NCBI GenBank assembly: GCA_963695575.1
Contig: CAVOGS010000014.1
Coordinates: 328,114 to 392,113 of the forward strand
DNA from: an uncultured Chloroflexia bacterium
GTDB taxonomy: Bacteria > Chloroflexota > Anaerolineae > Anaerolineales > UBA11858
Direction: 5' to 3'
DNA: 64,000 nt
Position numbers and translations under genes: made by a program. Below, piece by piece: positions 49,600-58,353 of the stretch. The notes beneath the pieces are model-generated. The model searched no databases. It was not told where the DNA came from and saw only the letters and a program-made list of their open reading frames with translations. How positions within the stretch are numbered: position 1 is the first letter of the stretch; each line of letters starts with the position of its first letter.

Positions 49600-50190
49600 A
49601 TGATGAAGACTGGACCATTCTCGTTTGACATTAAAGCCCCTGACTATATTCCTGGCGAATATGACAATCATATTAAACGGAATCTGAGTAATATGGCGGG
49701 TCAGTATGCAGATCAGGAGGCTTTTGATGCTTTGTTGGCTGAGAATGACCTTTTACTTTATGAGGTTTATGAGATCAAACGTCCTGAAATTGAAGGTGAG
49801 ATTCTGCATGGAATATCGATTGTGCATCCTGGAAAGGTCGGTAATGAGTTTTTTATGACCAAGGGGCACTTTCATACTGTCCTGGATACTGCAGAAATCT
49901 ATTACACGCTCAAGGGCCAGGGGTTAATGGTATTGGAAACACCTGAAGGAGATTGGGCAGTAGAAAAATTAGAGCCTGGAAGGGTCCTGTATGTTCCACC
50001 TCGCTGGGCTCACCGGTCTGTGAATATCCACGTTGAGGAAGATTTGGTGATGTTTTTCGCCTATCCAGGCCATGCCGGACATGATTACGGGACAATCGAG
50101 ACCCAGGGTTTTCGAAAACTTATCCTGGACGTGGATGGAAAACCGGAAATTGTTGATAATCCCCGCTGGGCACCTCCGGAGGGTAAATGA
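49600..50190 (+). CDS. pgiA: Cupin-type glucose-6-phosphate isomerase (archaeal-type cPGI)
   Basis: TKGHFHTVLDTAEIYY (GHxHx6E) and VPPRWAHRSVN (PPxxxHRxxN) are the two cPGI signature motifs; 196 aa. Confidence 0.75.
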   Translation: MMKTGPFSFDIKAPDYIPGEYDNHIKRNLSNMAGQYADQEAFDALLAENDLLLYEVYEIKRPEIEGEILHGISIVHPGKVGNEFFMTKGHFHTVLDTAEIYYTLKGQGLMVLETPEGDWAVEKLEPGRVLYVPPRWAHRSVNIHVEEDLVMFFAYPGHAGHDYGTIETQGFRKLILDVDGKPEIVDNPRWAPPEGK

Positions 50191-51239
50191 AGGCTCTTAA
50201 GGATTGTAAGATCCTTGTAACACCAACTTCTTTTGGATCACAAGATCTGGAATTAAAAACAGATCTTGAAGACCAGGTTGGAGAAGTGATTTATAACACG
50301 ACTGGAAAACCCCTCAGCTCAGAACAGCTTCAGGAGCTGTTAGTTGATATAGACGGGTATATTGCTGGACTGGACGAAATCGACGCCAGAGCCCTCGAAT
50401 CAGCGCCGGTGTTGAAGGTTGTGGCGCGATATGGCGTGGGGTATAACAACGTCGATCTGGCTGCAGCTGAAAAATTAGGAATTATTGTTACCAATACACC
50501 AGGGGCAAATGCGATCGCTGTTGCTGAGTTAACTGTTGGATTGATTCTAAATATGCTCAGGCCAATCCTTCCGGCGGTTCAAAGGACAAAATGCGGTGAA
50601 TGGCCCCGGTATAAAGGATTCTCGCTGGCAGGTAAAACAGTCGGCCTGCTAGGGCTGGGAGCTATAGGCAAAGAGGTTGCTAAACGGCTGGCGGGTTTTG
50701 ACTGCACGATCTTGGCTTACGATCTGTATCCCGATGAAAAATTCATGGCTGAGTATGGGATAAAGTTGGCTTTAATGGATGATATTTTGCCGGCAGCAGA
50801 TATCGTCTCTCTCCATTTGCCCGGCACTCCTGAAACCAGGGAGATCGTCAACGCAGAATTTATCAAAAAAATGAAATCAGGGGCCTGGCTGGTGAACACC
50901 GCCAGGGGTGATTTGATCAACGAGGCCGCCTTGTTGAATGCTCTTGAAGAAGGTAAATTGCGGGGAGCCGCTCTGGATGTATATCCAGAAGAACCGCCTG
51001 CTAAAGATAATCCATTGTTGCGCCTGGAGCAAGTGATCACAACACCTCATATGGGCGCCCATGCTGATTCCGCCACAAATTTGATGGGCAGCATGTCCCT
51101 GGAAGAATGTCTCAGGGTATCTGCAGGGAAAAAAACCAAAACATCAAGTAAGGCAAGGATAAGTAATGAAAGAAAAGAAAAATATCTTAAAGAAGATCCA
51201 GGAACTGGGAATCCTGGCAGTGATCAGAGGCCCATCTGA
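50187..51239 (+). CDS. D-isomer-specific 2-hydroxyacid dehydrogenase (PGDH-like); the 3' end is probably artefactually extended
   Basis: GKTVGLLGLGAIGKEVAKRL...NTARGDLINEAAL...GAALDVYPEEP...TPHMGA. The tail overlaps eda by 74 nt. Either 1-nt change at the A7 run (51129-51135) gives an earlier stop; for example, removing one A gives a stop at 51160-51162. Confidence 0.75.
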   Translation: MKALKDCKILVTPTSFGSQDLELKTDLEDQVGEVIYNTTGKPLSSEQLQELLVDIDGYIAGLDEIDARALESAPVLKVVARYGVGYNNVDLAAAEKLGIIVTNTPGANAIAVAELTVGLILNMLRPILPAVQRTKCGEWPRYKGFSLAGKTVGLLGLGAIGKEVAKRLAGFDCTILAYDLYPDEKFMAEYGIKLALMDDILPAADIVSLHLPGTPETREIVNAEFIKKMKSGAWLVNTARGDLINEAALLNALEEGKLRGAALDVYPEEPPAKDNPLLRLEQVITTPHMGAHADSATNLMGSMSLEECLRVSAGKKTKTSSKARISNERKEKYLKEDPGTGNPGSDQRPI

Positions 51240-51816
51240 AGAGCTTACTTTGAAAATGGTCGCCGCTCTTGTTGAAGGTGGTGTGACAGGGATCGAAATT
51301 ACCTTTACAACACCAAATGCGCTGCAAGTTGTCAGCGCACTGGACAAGGAATTTGGAGATAAGATCGTTTTGGGGATGGGAACATTGACGAAACCCAAAC
51401 AGGCAGAGGCTGCAAAAAAGGCTGGCGCAAAATTCCTGGTGAGTCCGCATACTTCTAAGAAACTTGCCAAGGCGATGGTAGCGACAGGATTGCCAACGAT
51501 GATGGGCGCGTTAACTCCATCAGAGGTGATGAAGGCCAGGGCTTATGGAAGTGATGTGGTTAAGATATTCCCAGGATCGCTAGGCGGGCCAGCTTATATG
51601 AAATCACTCAAAGGCCCATTTCCTGAGATCCCCATGATGCCCACAGGAGGTGTCTCGGACCAGAATCTCGGAGAGTGGTTTGCTGCAGGAGCGTTTGCCG
51701 TTGGTGCTGGCAGCAATCTATGTCCCAAATCGATGGCCCTGGCAGGAGATTTTGAGGGGATTACAAAAATCGCCCGAATTTATATGACTGCTATTAAAAC
51801 CGCCCGAAGTAAATAA
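51166..51816 (+). CDS. eda: 2-dehydro-3-deoxyphosphogluconate / 4-hydroxy-2-oxoglutarate aldolase
   Basis: GILAVIRGPSEE...EGGVTGIEITFTTPNA...VKIFPG...PTGGV is typical Eda. Confidence 0.85.
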   Translation: MKEKKNILKKIQELGILAVIRGPSEELTLKMVAALVEGGVTGIEITFTTPNALQVVSALDKEFGDKIVLGMGTLTKPKQAEAAKKAGAKFLVSPHTSKKLAKAMVATGLPTMMGALTPSEVMKARAYGSDVVKIFPGSLGGPAYMKSLKGPFPEIPMMPTGGVSDQNLGEWFAAGAFAVGAGSNLCPKSMALAGDFEGITKIARIYMTAIKTARSK

Positions 51817-51829
51817 TAACGAGGAATAT

Positions 51830-52777
51830 ATGGATTTCGACATCATCAAAAAAAATAAACCAACCTTTTATTTTATTGGGGTCACAACCGGTAAATCTTC
51901 GATCAACAAAGTCTTTCCGTTATGGATGGATGTTATGGGAAAACCAGAAGTGGTTCTGGAAGGTATCGATCATCCGCTTCACGATCACCCTGAGAAATAT
52001 AGAGCATCAGTCGCCCAGATCAAATATGATCCTCTTTCCTTGGGCGCCCTGGTCACATCCCACAAGATGAATGTTTATTCAGCAGCAAGTGATATGTTTG
52101 ATTATTTTGATCATTATGCCCAAACGACTGCGGAATTATCATCTATCAGCAAAATGGACGGCCAACTTCGAGGTCATGCCAAGGATCCAATCACTGCCGG
52201 TTTGAGCCTGGAAGCGATAATCGATCCGGGTTATTTTGGAGATACAAAGGGGCATGTATTTTGCCTTGGGGCTGGAGGATCAGCGGTAGCTACATTGTTG
52301 TATCTAATTAATAAAAAAGACCCAGGCGACAGGCCGGAAAAATTCATTGCAGTGAACAGATCTCCCGGGAAATTGGATCACATGCGTGAAATGGTCTCAA
52401 AATATGATACCGACATTGAGGTTGAATACATCCATAATAACGATCCACAAGTTAATGACCAGATTATGGCTTCCCTGCCCGATCACAGCATCGTGATCAA
52501 TGCGACAGGCATGGGCAAGGATACGCCGGGCTCTCCAATAACAAATATGGGAGTATTCCCAAAGGATGGCATAGCCTGGGAATTCAATTACCGCGGTGAA
52601 CTGGATTTTATGCACCAGGCATTAAAACAGGTTGATAGCAGGAATCTTCGAGTAGAAGATGGTTGGATCTATTTCCTTCATGGTTGGTCTCAAGTGATTG
52701 CGGAAGTATTACATATTGATCTAACGCCTGAATTGTTCAAGGAATTAGATGCAGCTGCAAGTGCTGTGCGTGGGTAA
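51830..52777 (+). CDS. Shikimate/quinate dehydrogenase-like protein
   Basis: GALVTSHKMNV..., MDGQLRGHAKDPITAG..., CLGAGGSAVATLLYL and INATGMG resemble the AroE-family blocks. The call is tentative. Confidence 0.5.
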   Translation: MDFDIIKKNKPTFYFIGVTTGKSSINKVFPLWMDVMGKPEVVLEGIDHPLHDHPEKYRASVAQIKYDPLSLGALVTSHKMNVYSAASDMFDYFDHYAQTTAELSSISKMDGQLRGHAKDPITAGLSLEAIIDPGYFGDTKGHVFCLGAGGSAVATLLYLINKKDPGDRPEKFIAVNRSPGKLDHMREMVSKYDTDIEVEYIHNNDPQVNDQIMASLPDHSIVINATGMGKDTPGSPITNMGVFPKDGIAWEFNYRGELDFMHQALKQVDSRNLRVEDGWIYFLHGWSQVIAEVLHIDLTPELFKELDAAASAVRG

Positions 52778-52799
52778 AAACTTTCTATAGGAGGCAGGT

Positions 52800-54125
52800 A
52801 TGTTAGCGCAGGTAGTACCTCTTTATTTCAGAGAAGGCAGGGATGAGGATTTTGATAAGCAGCTCAGTCTTCTGAAAGACCTTCTGGTTAATGATGTGGA
52901 ATTTTTACCAGAAGTTGCTCTTGGTGATCCTATTCCCAAAGCTGATGCTGTTTTATTTCCCCAGATTTTAGGGGAAGCTTACCGCCAGCTGGATGATTTT
53001 AAGGCAATTGATATACCCATTCTGATCATTACTACAGAATTTGGCACAATGGCCATGTGGGACTGGGAAATCATCAAGTATCTGCGTATGAAGGGCGTGG
53101 ATGTTATCGCACCATATAATATGGCTCAGACCAGAAATCTGGCCCGGTCTCTGGCTGTTAAGAAAGAGCTCAAATCGTCTAAATTCCTTGTCTACCAGGA
53201 CAATCCGGGAGAGGGTTTCCAACCGGAGATCTTCAAACGTTTCTTCTGGTGGGAGGAAGAATGCACTCAGCTGATGATGGAAAAATACGGTCTTTCCCTG
53301 GAAAAAAGAAGCTTCAAAGAGATGGCTGCTGAAGCAAAAGAGATCACAAACGAAGCAGTGTTGAAGGTATGGGATGACTGGAAAGACAAGTTACCTCTGG
53401 ATGGGCTTAATGACAATCAACGGAACAGCGCCTTGAAGGTCTACCTTAAATTGAAAGAGGCCCTGGATGCCGACGATAAGATCAAGGCGGTAGGCATCAA
53501 TTGTTTGAACGAGAGCGAATATTCTGATACTACACCATGTCTTGCCTGGAATATGCTCTACGAAGAAAGGAAACTGATCTGGGGTTGTGAAGCTGATACA
53601 GTGGTTATGTTAAGTAAATATCTGCTGAATAAATCCCTGGACTGCCCGATCATGATGACCAATATGTATCCCTTCCTGATGGGTGATGCAGCATTAAAAC
53701 ATGAACGAATACCTTATTTCCCTGAGGTGAATGGCAACCCTGATAATTATATTCTGGCTGCTCACTGCGGCTATTTTGGTGTTGTGCCCCAGTCATTTGC
53801 AACAGACTGGTCTGTGAAGTCAAAAGTGCTGGCCATTGTGGATCAGAACGCCATTGCTCTTGATGCCCGTATGCCGGAAGGCGCGATGACGCTGGCGAAG
53901 CTCAATCCGGACCTGGAAACCATCTCCGTTGTAGAAGGGGAGATTGAAAAATATATCCAGTACCAGGATTCTGATTGCTTAAACGGCGCTGTGATCAGGG
54001 TGAGCGACGGACATAAATTAGTCAGTTCATTAACTTCTCACCATTATCTGATCCTGACTGGACACAGATTGGCTGATATTCGTCAGATCGCACAGGTTTT
54101 TGGCTGGCAAGTTGAATCATTTTAG
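52800..54125 (+). CDS. L-fucose/L-arabinose-isomerase-like family protein (uncharacterised subgroup)
   Basis: 441 aa; ...GINCLNE...TPCLAWNML...IWGCEADT...AHCGYFG.... The GCEAD block is reminiscent of the FucI/AraA superfamily. The call is tentative. Confidence 0.4.
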   Translation: MLAQVVPLYFREGRDEDFDKQLSLLKDLLVNDVEFLPEVALGDPIPKADAVLFPQILGEAYRQLDDFKAIDIPILIITTEFGTMAMWDWEIIKYLRMKGVDVIAPYNMAQTRNLARSLAVKKELKSSKFLVYQDNPGEGFQPEIFKRFFWWEEECTQLMMEKYGLSLEKRSFKEMAAEAKEITNEAVLKVWDDWKDKLPLDGLNDNQRNSALKVYLKLKEALDADDKIKAVGINCLNESEYSDTTPCLAWNMLYEERKLIWGCEADTVVMLSKYLLNKSLDCPIMMTNMYPFLMGDAALKHERIPYFPEVNGNPDNYILAAHCGYFGVVPQSFATDWSVKSKVLAIVDQNAIALDARMPEGAMTLAKLNPDLETISVVEGEIEKYIQYQDSDCLNGAVIRVSDGHKLVSSLTSHHYLILTGHRLADIRQIAQVFGWQVESF

Positions 54126-54134
54126 GGAGCATTG

Positions 54135-55184
54135 ATGCCTGAGGAATACAATTCTATTGAACGAACGTTTAGGACACTAAAATTCCAGCCTGTTGACCGG
54201 GTTCCTGTCGATCTGCATAATTTTATGTTGACCCCTAAATTTCTGGGTGCAGCAGATTTTGCTGATTTTTACCGGGATGGCGCAGCTATGGCAGAAGGCC
54301 AGATCAAAGCCTGGCAGAGGTTCGGCCATGATGTGCTGCTGGTTGAAAATGGCACTGCTGCCCTGGCTGAAGCATGCGGTGTTCAGGTCCTGTATCAGGA
54401 GGATTCGGCGCCGGTAGCCAGCCAACCGGCAATATCCAGCCTGGACGAGGTTGATCGACTTGTTATTCCGGATCCGTATAAAGATCCGTTGTTAAGTGAA
54501 AATCTAAAATCAACCAGGCTGGTAGTGGAAGAAATTGGCGATCAGGCATTTGTGATCGGACGTGGAGATCAGGGACCGTTCAGCCTGGCCTGCGAGATCC
54601 GGGGAATGAGTGAGTTTTTGATGGATCTGGCGCTGGGTGAGGAACTGGATAAAGTGCACCAGCTGCTGGAATTCTGCCTGGATGTTTCAGAGCGCTACTG
54701 CCTGGCCCAGATCGAGCAAGGAGCCCACGCTACATCCATCGGTGATTCACCATCTGGACCAGATGTGATCTCTCCTGCTTATTATCGGGAATTTGCCTAC
54801 CCTTATGTAGAAAAATTGTTCCGCAGGTTAAAGAGACGAGATATCATCGTGGCCTATCACATCTGCGGCAATGCCACACCGATCATTGATGATATGGTTC
54901 GATCTGGAGCGGATATCATTGAGGTTGACCAGAAATCTGACCAGATCTCAGTGAAAGAAGCAGCTGCTGGCAAAACAACCCTTCTTGGACCGGTTGATCC
55001 CAGTGAAGTGATGGCAAATGGCACACCGCAGCTGGTGCAAGAAAAATGTGTGGAAGCGTTAAGAAATATGTCCCCTGGAGGAGGTTTTATCCTGGGTCCG
55101 GGCTGTGCTCTACCTCCAACTACACCGGACGAGAATATTGATGCGATGATAGAAACAGCAAAGAAGTATCAGTTAGAATATTAA
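54135..55184 (+). CDS. Uroporphyrinogen-decarboxylase (URO-D/MtaA-like) family protein
   Basis: RTFRTLKFQPVDRVPVDLHNF...; 350 aa; TIM-barrel URO-D pattern; ...HICGN...IIEVDQ.... Confidence 0.6.
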   Translation: MPEEYNSIERTFRTLKFQPVDRVPVDLHNFMLTPKFLGAADFADFYRDGAAMAEGQIKAWQRFGHDVLLVENGTAALAEACGVQVLYQEDSAPVASQPAISSLDEVDRLVIPDPYKDPLLSENLKSTRLVVEEIGDQAFVIGRGDQGPFSLACEIRGMSEFLMDLALGEELDKVHQLLEFCLDVSERYCLAQIEQGAHATSIGDSPSGPDVISPAYYREFAYPYVEKLFRRLKRRDIIVAYHICGNATPIIDDMVRSGADIIEVDQKSDQISVKEAAAGKTTLLGPVDPSEVMANGTPQLVQEKCVEALRNMSPGGGFILGPGCALPPTTPDENIDAMIETAKKYQLEY

Positions 55185-55254
55185 TCAAGACCTGTAAACA
55201 ACAGCAAGTAAAATTAATTTGAATCTATTTTCAATCTAGAGAAAGGAGTACAAC

Positions 55255-56118
55255 ATGACGTTAAAAGTAGGTATCGATAATTATAGTTACCATCGTTTTT
55301 TCGGCGAGGTCTATCCCCAGCAGGTGGCACCAGAAAAGAATATGACAACGGATGATTTCCTGAGCCGGGCGAAGGAATTTGGTGTGGATGGTGTATCTCT
55401 CGAGTCATGTTTTATTCAGAGCTTTGAGGATGATTATCTGAGTGAGTTAAAAACGAAATTAGATAATTATGGGTTCGATCGTGTCTGGGCCTGGGGGCAT
55501 CCTGACGGATTAGAAGGTGGAAAGAACGAACCAATGCTGGATGACATGATCAAACATATCTCATATGCAAAAAAGATCGGTGCACCGGTCATGCGGACTG
55601 TGGGCAGCAGTCTGGCATTCCGATTCGAGGATCATGAACCCCAGTTGAAAAAACTCACCGAAATGTTCAAAGAAGCTGTCAAAGTGGCCGAGGAATTGGA
55701 TGTAAAGCTGGCTGTTGAGAATCACTTTGATTTTGATTCTGATGAGTTTCTGCGATTATTTGACGACGTCTCCTCTGATTACTTTGGCCTGACCTTCGAT
55801 ACGGGTAACTTCATGCGTTTGCTGGATGAACCTGTAAAAGCGATGGAAAAACTGGGCAAATATGTGTTTGCTACTCATATCAAGGACATTAAGATCACTC
55901 CAGGAGTGGCAGCTGATGAATGGTTCTTCTTCTCGTCAGTGGCAGTGGGTGATGGATATATCAATATGCCGGAACTGGCAAAAATGCTTGTAAATCTGGA
56001 ATATAAGGGTCTTCTAGCTGTTGAACTGGATTTCCCGCATCCGGATGTTGGAACTAACGAAGATGCGGCAGTAAAGAAGAGCGTCAAATATCTTCAAGAT
56101 CTTGTAGCTGGAATATAG
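55255..56118 (+). CDS. Xylose-isomerase-like TIM-barrel protein (paralogue of 36898..37768)
   Basis: MTLKVGIDNYSYHRFFGEVYPQQVAPEKNMTTDDFL...LAVENH...FDTGNF...ATHIKD...LAVELD. Colinear with the 36898 copy along its whole length. Confidence 0.75.
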   Translation: MTLKVGIDNYSYHRFFGEVYPQQVAPEKNMTTDDFLSRAKEFGVDGVSLESCFIQSFEDDYLSELKTKLDNYGFDRVWAWGHPDGLEGGKNEPMLDDMIKHISYAKKIGAPVMRTVGSSLAFRFEDHEPQLKKLTEMFKEAVKVAEELDVKLAVENHFDFDSDEFLRLFDDVSSDYFGLTFDTGNFMRLLDEPVKAMEKLGKYVFATHIKDIKITPGVAADEWFFFSSVAVGDGYINMPELAKMLVNLEYKGLLAVELDFPHPDVGTNEDAAVKKSVKYLQDLVAGI

Positions 56119-56152
56119 AAGATAATAACAATCATAAAAGGATGGATGACCT

Positions 56153-57310
56153 ATGAAAGAGATGAACGTAGCTATCATTGGTTCCAAATTTATGGGCAAA
56201 GCCCATTCCAATGCCTGGAAGAATGTAACCAATTTCTTTGATGTTCCTATCAAGCCGGTCTTAAAAGTCGCCTGCGCCACGAATAAGGAAGCGCTGCAGG
56301 CCTTTGCGGATAATTGGGGTTGGGAAGAAATCGAAACCGATTGGAAGAAAGTTGTGGAACGGGAAGATATAGATATCATTGATATCTGTGTACCCCCCAA
56401 TTTGCACGCGCCGATCGCCATTGCGGCTGCAAAAGCAGGGAAACACATCTTCTGTGAAAAACCGATCTCCCTGACCTCTGGGGAAGCAAAAGAAATGTTC
56501 GATGCTGCGGAAAAAGCAGGTGTGGTCCATTACGTCAATCACAACTACCGCCGCTGCCCGGCAGTTATGCTCGCCAAGCAGATGATAGATGACGGAAAAT
56601 TGGGGCAGATCTACCATTGGCGGGGATGTTACTTGCAGTCCTGGACCATGGATCCAAATTTCCCGCTTACCTGGCATATGAAGAAGGATATCGCGGGAAT
56701 GGGGTCTAATGGCGGTATCAATTCCCATAGTGTTGACCTGGCCCGTTTCCTGGTTGGCGAAATCAAATCCGTCACCGGAATGATGAAAACATTCATCAAA
56801 GAGAGACCTTTGCCCGGAGCAGGCGCAGCTACTTTCAGCGCTGGCAGTGGTGAGGTTACAGAAATGGGGAAGGTAGAGCTCGAAGATGCAATTTCAATGA
56901 TCGTCGAATTTGAAAATGGAGCTCTGGGTTCATTTGACGCCACTACATTTGCGATAGGAAGGTTAAATTACAATTACTTTGAGATCTATGGATCCAAAGG
57001 AGCTGTGCTCTGGAATTTAGAGAGAATGAATGAGCTGCAGTATTACTCTTCAGAAGACGCAGATGGCGAGAAGGGGTTCCGCACCATATCAGCGACCGAT
57101 GCCAGCCATCCCTATATGGCAAATTGGTGGCCGCCAGCGCATAATATTGGATATGAACATGAGTTCCATCACGCCGTGGTCGATTTCTTAAAAGGCATTG
57201 ACTCTGGAGCGGGCGTAAAACCTGATTTTTATGATGGATACCTGGACATGAAAGTCCTGGAAGCCGGAATCGAGTCAGCTGAAAAGAAGAAACAGATCGA
57301 TCTGGATTAA
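56153..57310 (+). CDS. Gfo/Idh/MocA-family oxidoreductase (paralogue of 34714..35887)
   Basis: VAIIGSKFMGKAHSNAW...HIFCEKPIS...NWWPPAHNIGYEHEF. It shares the unusual NWWPP-H-IG-EH block with the 34714 copy. Confidence 0.8.
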   Translation: MKEMNVAIIGSKFMGKAHSNAWKNVTNFFDVPIKPVLKVACATNKEALQAFADNWGWEEIETDWKKVVEREDIDIIDICVPPNLHAPIAIAAAKAGKHIFCEKPISLTSGEAKEMFDAAEKAGVVHYVNHNYRRCPAVMLAKQMIDDGKLGQIYHWRGCYLQSWTMDPNFPLTWHMKKDIAGMGSNGGINSHSVDLARFLVGEIKSVTGMMKTFIKERPLPGAGAATFSAGSGEVTEMGKVELEDAISMIVEFENGALGSFDATTFAIGRLNYNYFEIYGSKGAVLWNLERMNELQYYSSEDADGEKGFRTISATDASHPYMANWWPPAHNIGYEHEFHHAVVDFLKGIDSGAGVKPDFYDGYLDMKVLEAGIESAEKKKQIDLD

Positions 57311-57329
57311 ATAGTAAGATCGGGTGCAG

Positions 57330-57355
57330 GAGACCGGGATATAGTTCCCGGTCTC
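57330..57355 (+). terminator. Hairpin after 56153..57310 (possible terminator)
   Basis: GAGACCGGGA-tatagt-TCCCGGTCTC, a 10-bp perfect stem with a weak T tract (TTCACTCATT). Confidence 0.5.
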
Positions 57356-57378
57356 TTCACTCATTGATAAGGTAATTC

Positions 57379-58267
57379 ATGATATCCACTGCAGAGGTTG
57401 TATTTGAGGGTTTAAATTGTGTTCGGCTGAGCAATGGTCTGGTAACAGTCTGGATCACCACAGATGTCGGCCCGCGGATACTGGGGCTATCCTTAACGGA
57501 AGGCGAAAATTTATTTGTTGTCTCACCTGATGCGAGGATCCCGGTTAAGGGCCAGGGAGATTATTCACTCAGAGGAGGACATCGTTTGTGGTATGCACCA
57601 GAAATACCTGAGACGACATATATCGCAGATGATAAGCCTGTTGAAATTAGTATGACTGGAGAATGGCGTAGAGGTAATCCAGGAGGCTGATGATAAAACC
57701 GGTATTCAGAAATCGATCAAGGTCATTCTTTCTGAAGAAATAGCGCAACTCACCATAGATCATAAACTCTTAAATTCGGGACGAGAAAGTTTCAGACTTG
57801 CTCCCTGGGCGATCACAATGATGCGCCCGGGCGGTTTGGGGCTGATCCCGCTCCAGACTAAACCAGATGATGAAAATGGTTTATGGCCCAACAGGGATCT
57901 AGTTTTGTGGCCTTATACAAAAATCGATTCGCCCCAAATAAAACTGAAAGACAGGGCGATTGCAATCAAGGCTGAGATGGCAGAAGGTGCATTGAAAGTT
58001 GGCGCTTCTAACCCGCTTGGGTGGTTGGCCTATAGTCTGGATGGAACATTATTCGTCAAGAAGACAGCATATCAGGTTGGAGCAAATTATCTCGACAGGG
58101 GGGCTTCATCCCAGATTTACTGCAATCCGGATGTGATGGAACTGGAATCATTGGGCCCGGTAGTGGATCTGGAGCCGGGAGAATGTACCACTCACCAGGA
58201 AATCTGGCAGGTCTACCCGGAAGGGTTCTGGCCTGAAGAGATCAGTGATCTTTTAAATATCTTCTAA
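57379..58267 (+). pseudogene. Hypothetical protein, possibly mutarotase-like/DUF4380, one frameshift
   Basis: ORF 57379..57690 continues near 57655 in the +1 frame (...ENGVEVIQEADDKTGIQKSIKVIL...), which is open up to ORF 57818..58267. The family call is tentative. Confidence 0.45.
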
Positions 58268-58271
58268 TTTC

Positions 58272-58316
58272 AAAAAAAAGACCTCCGAGGTCCTATTGGA
58301 CAGGGAGGTCTTTTTG
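58272..58316. terminator. Bidirectional intrinsic terminator between convergent genes
   Basis: A8 run, then GACCTCC ... GGAGGTC with an inner GTCC-tatt-GGAC stem, then a T5 run. Confidence 0.75.
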
Positions 58317-58353
58317 GTAATAATCAGGCGAACGAAATCTCACAACTTTTATA

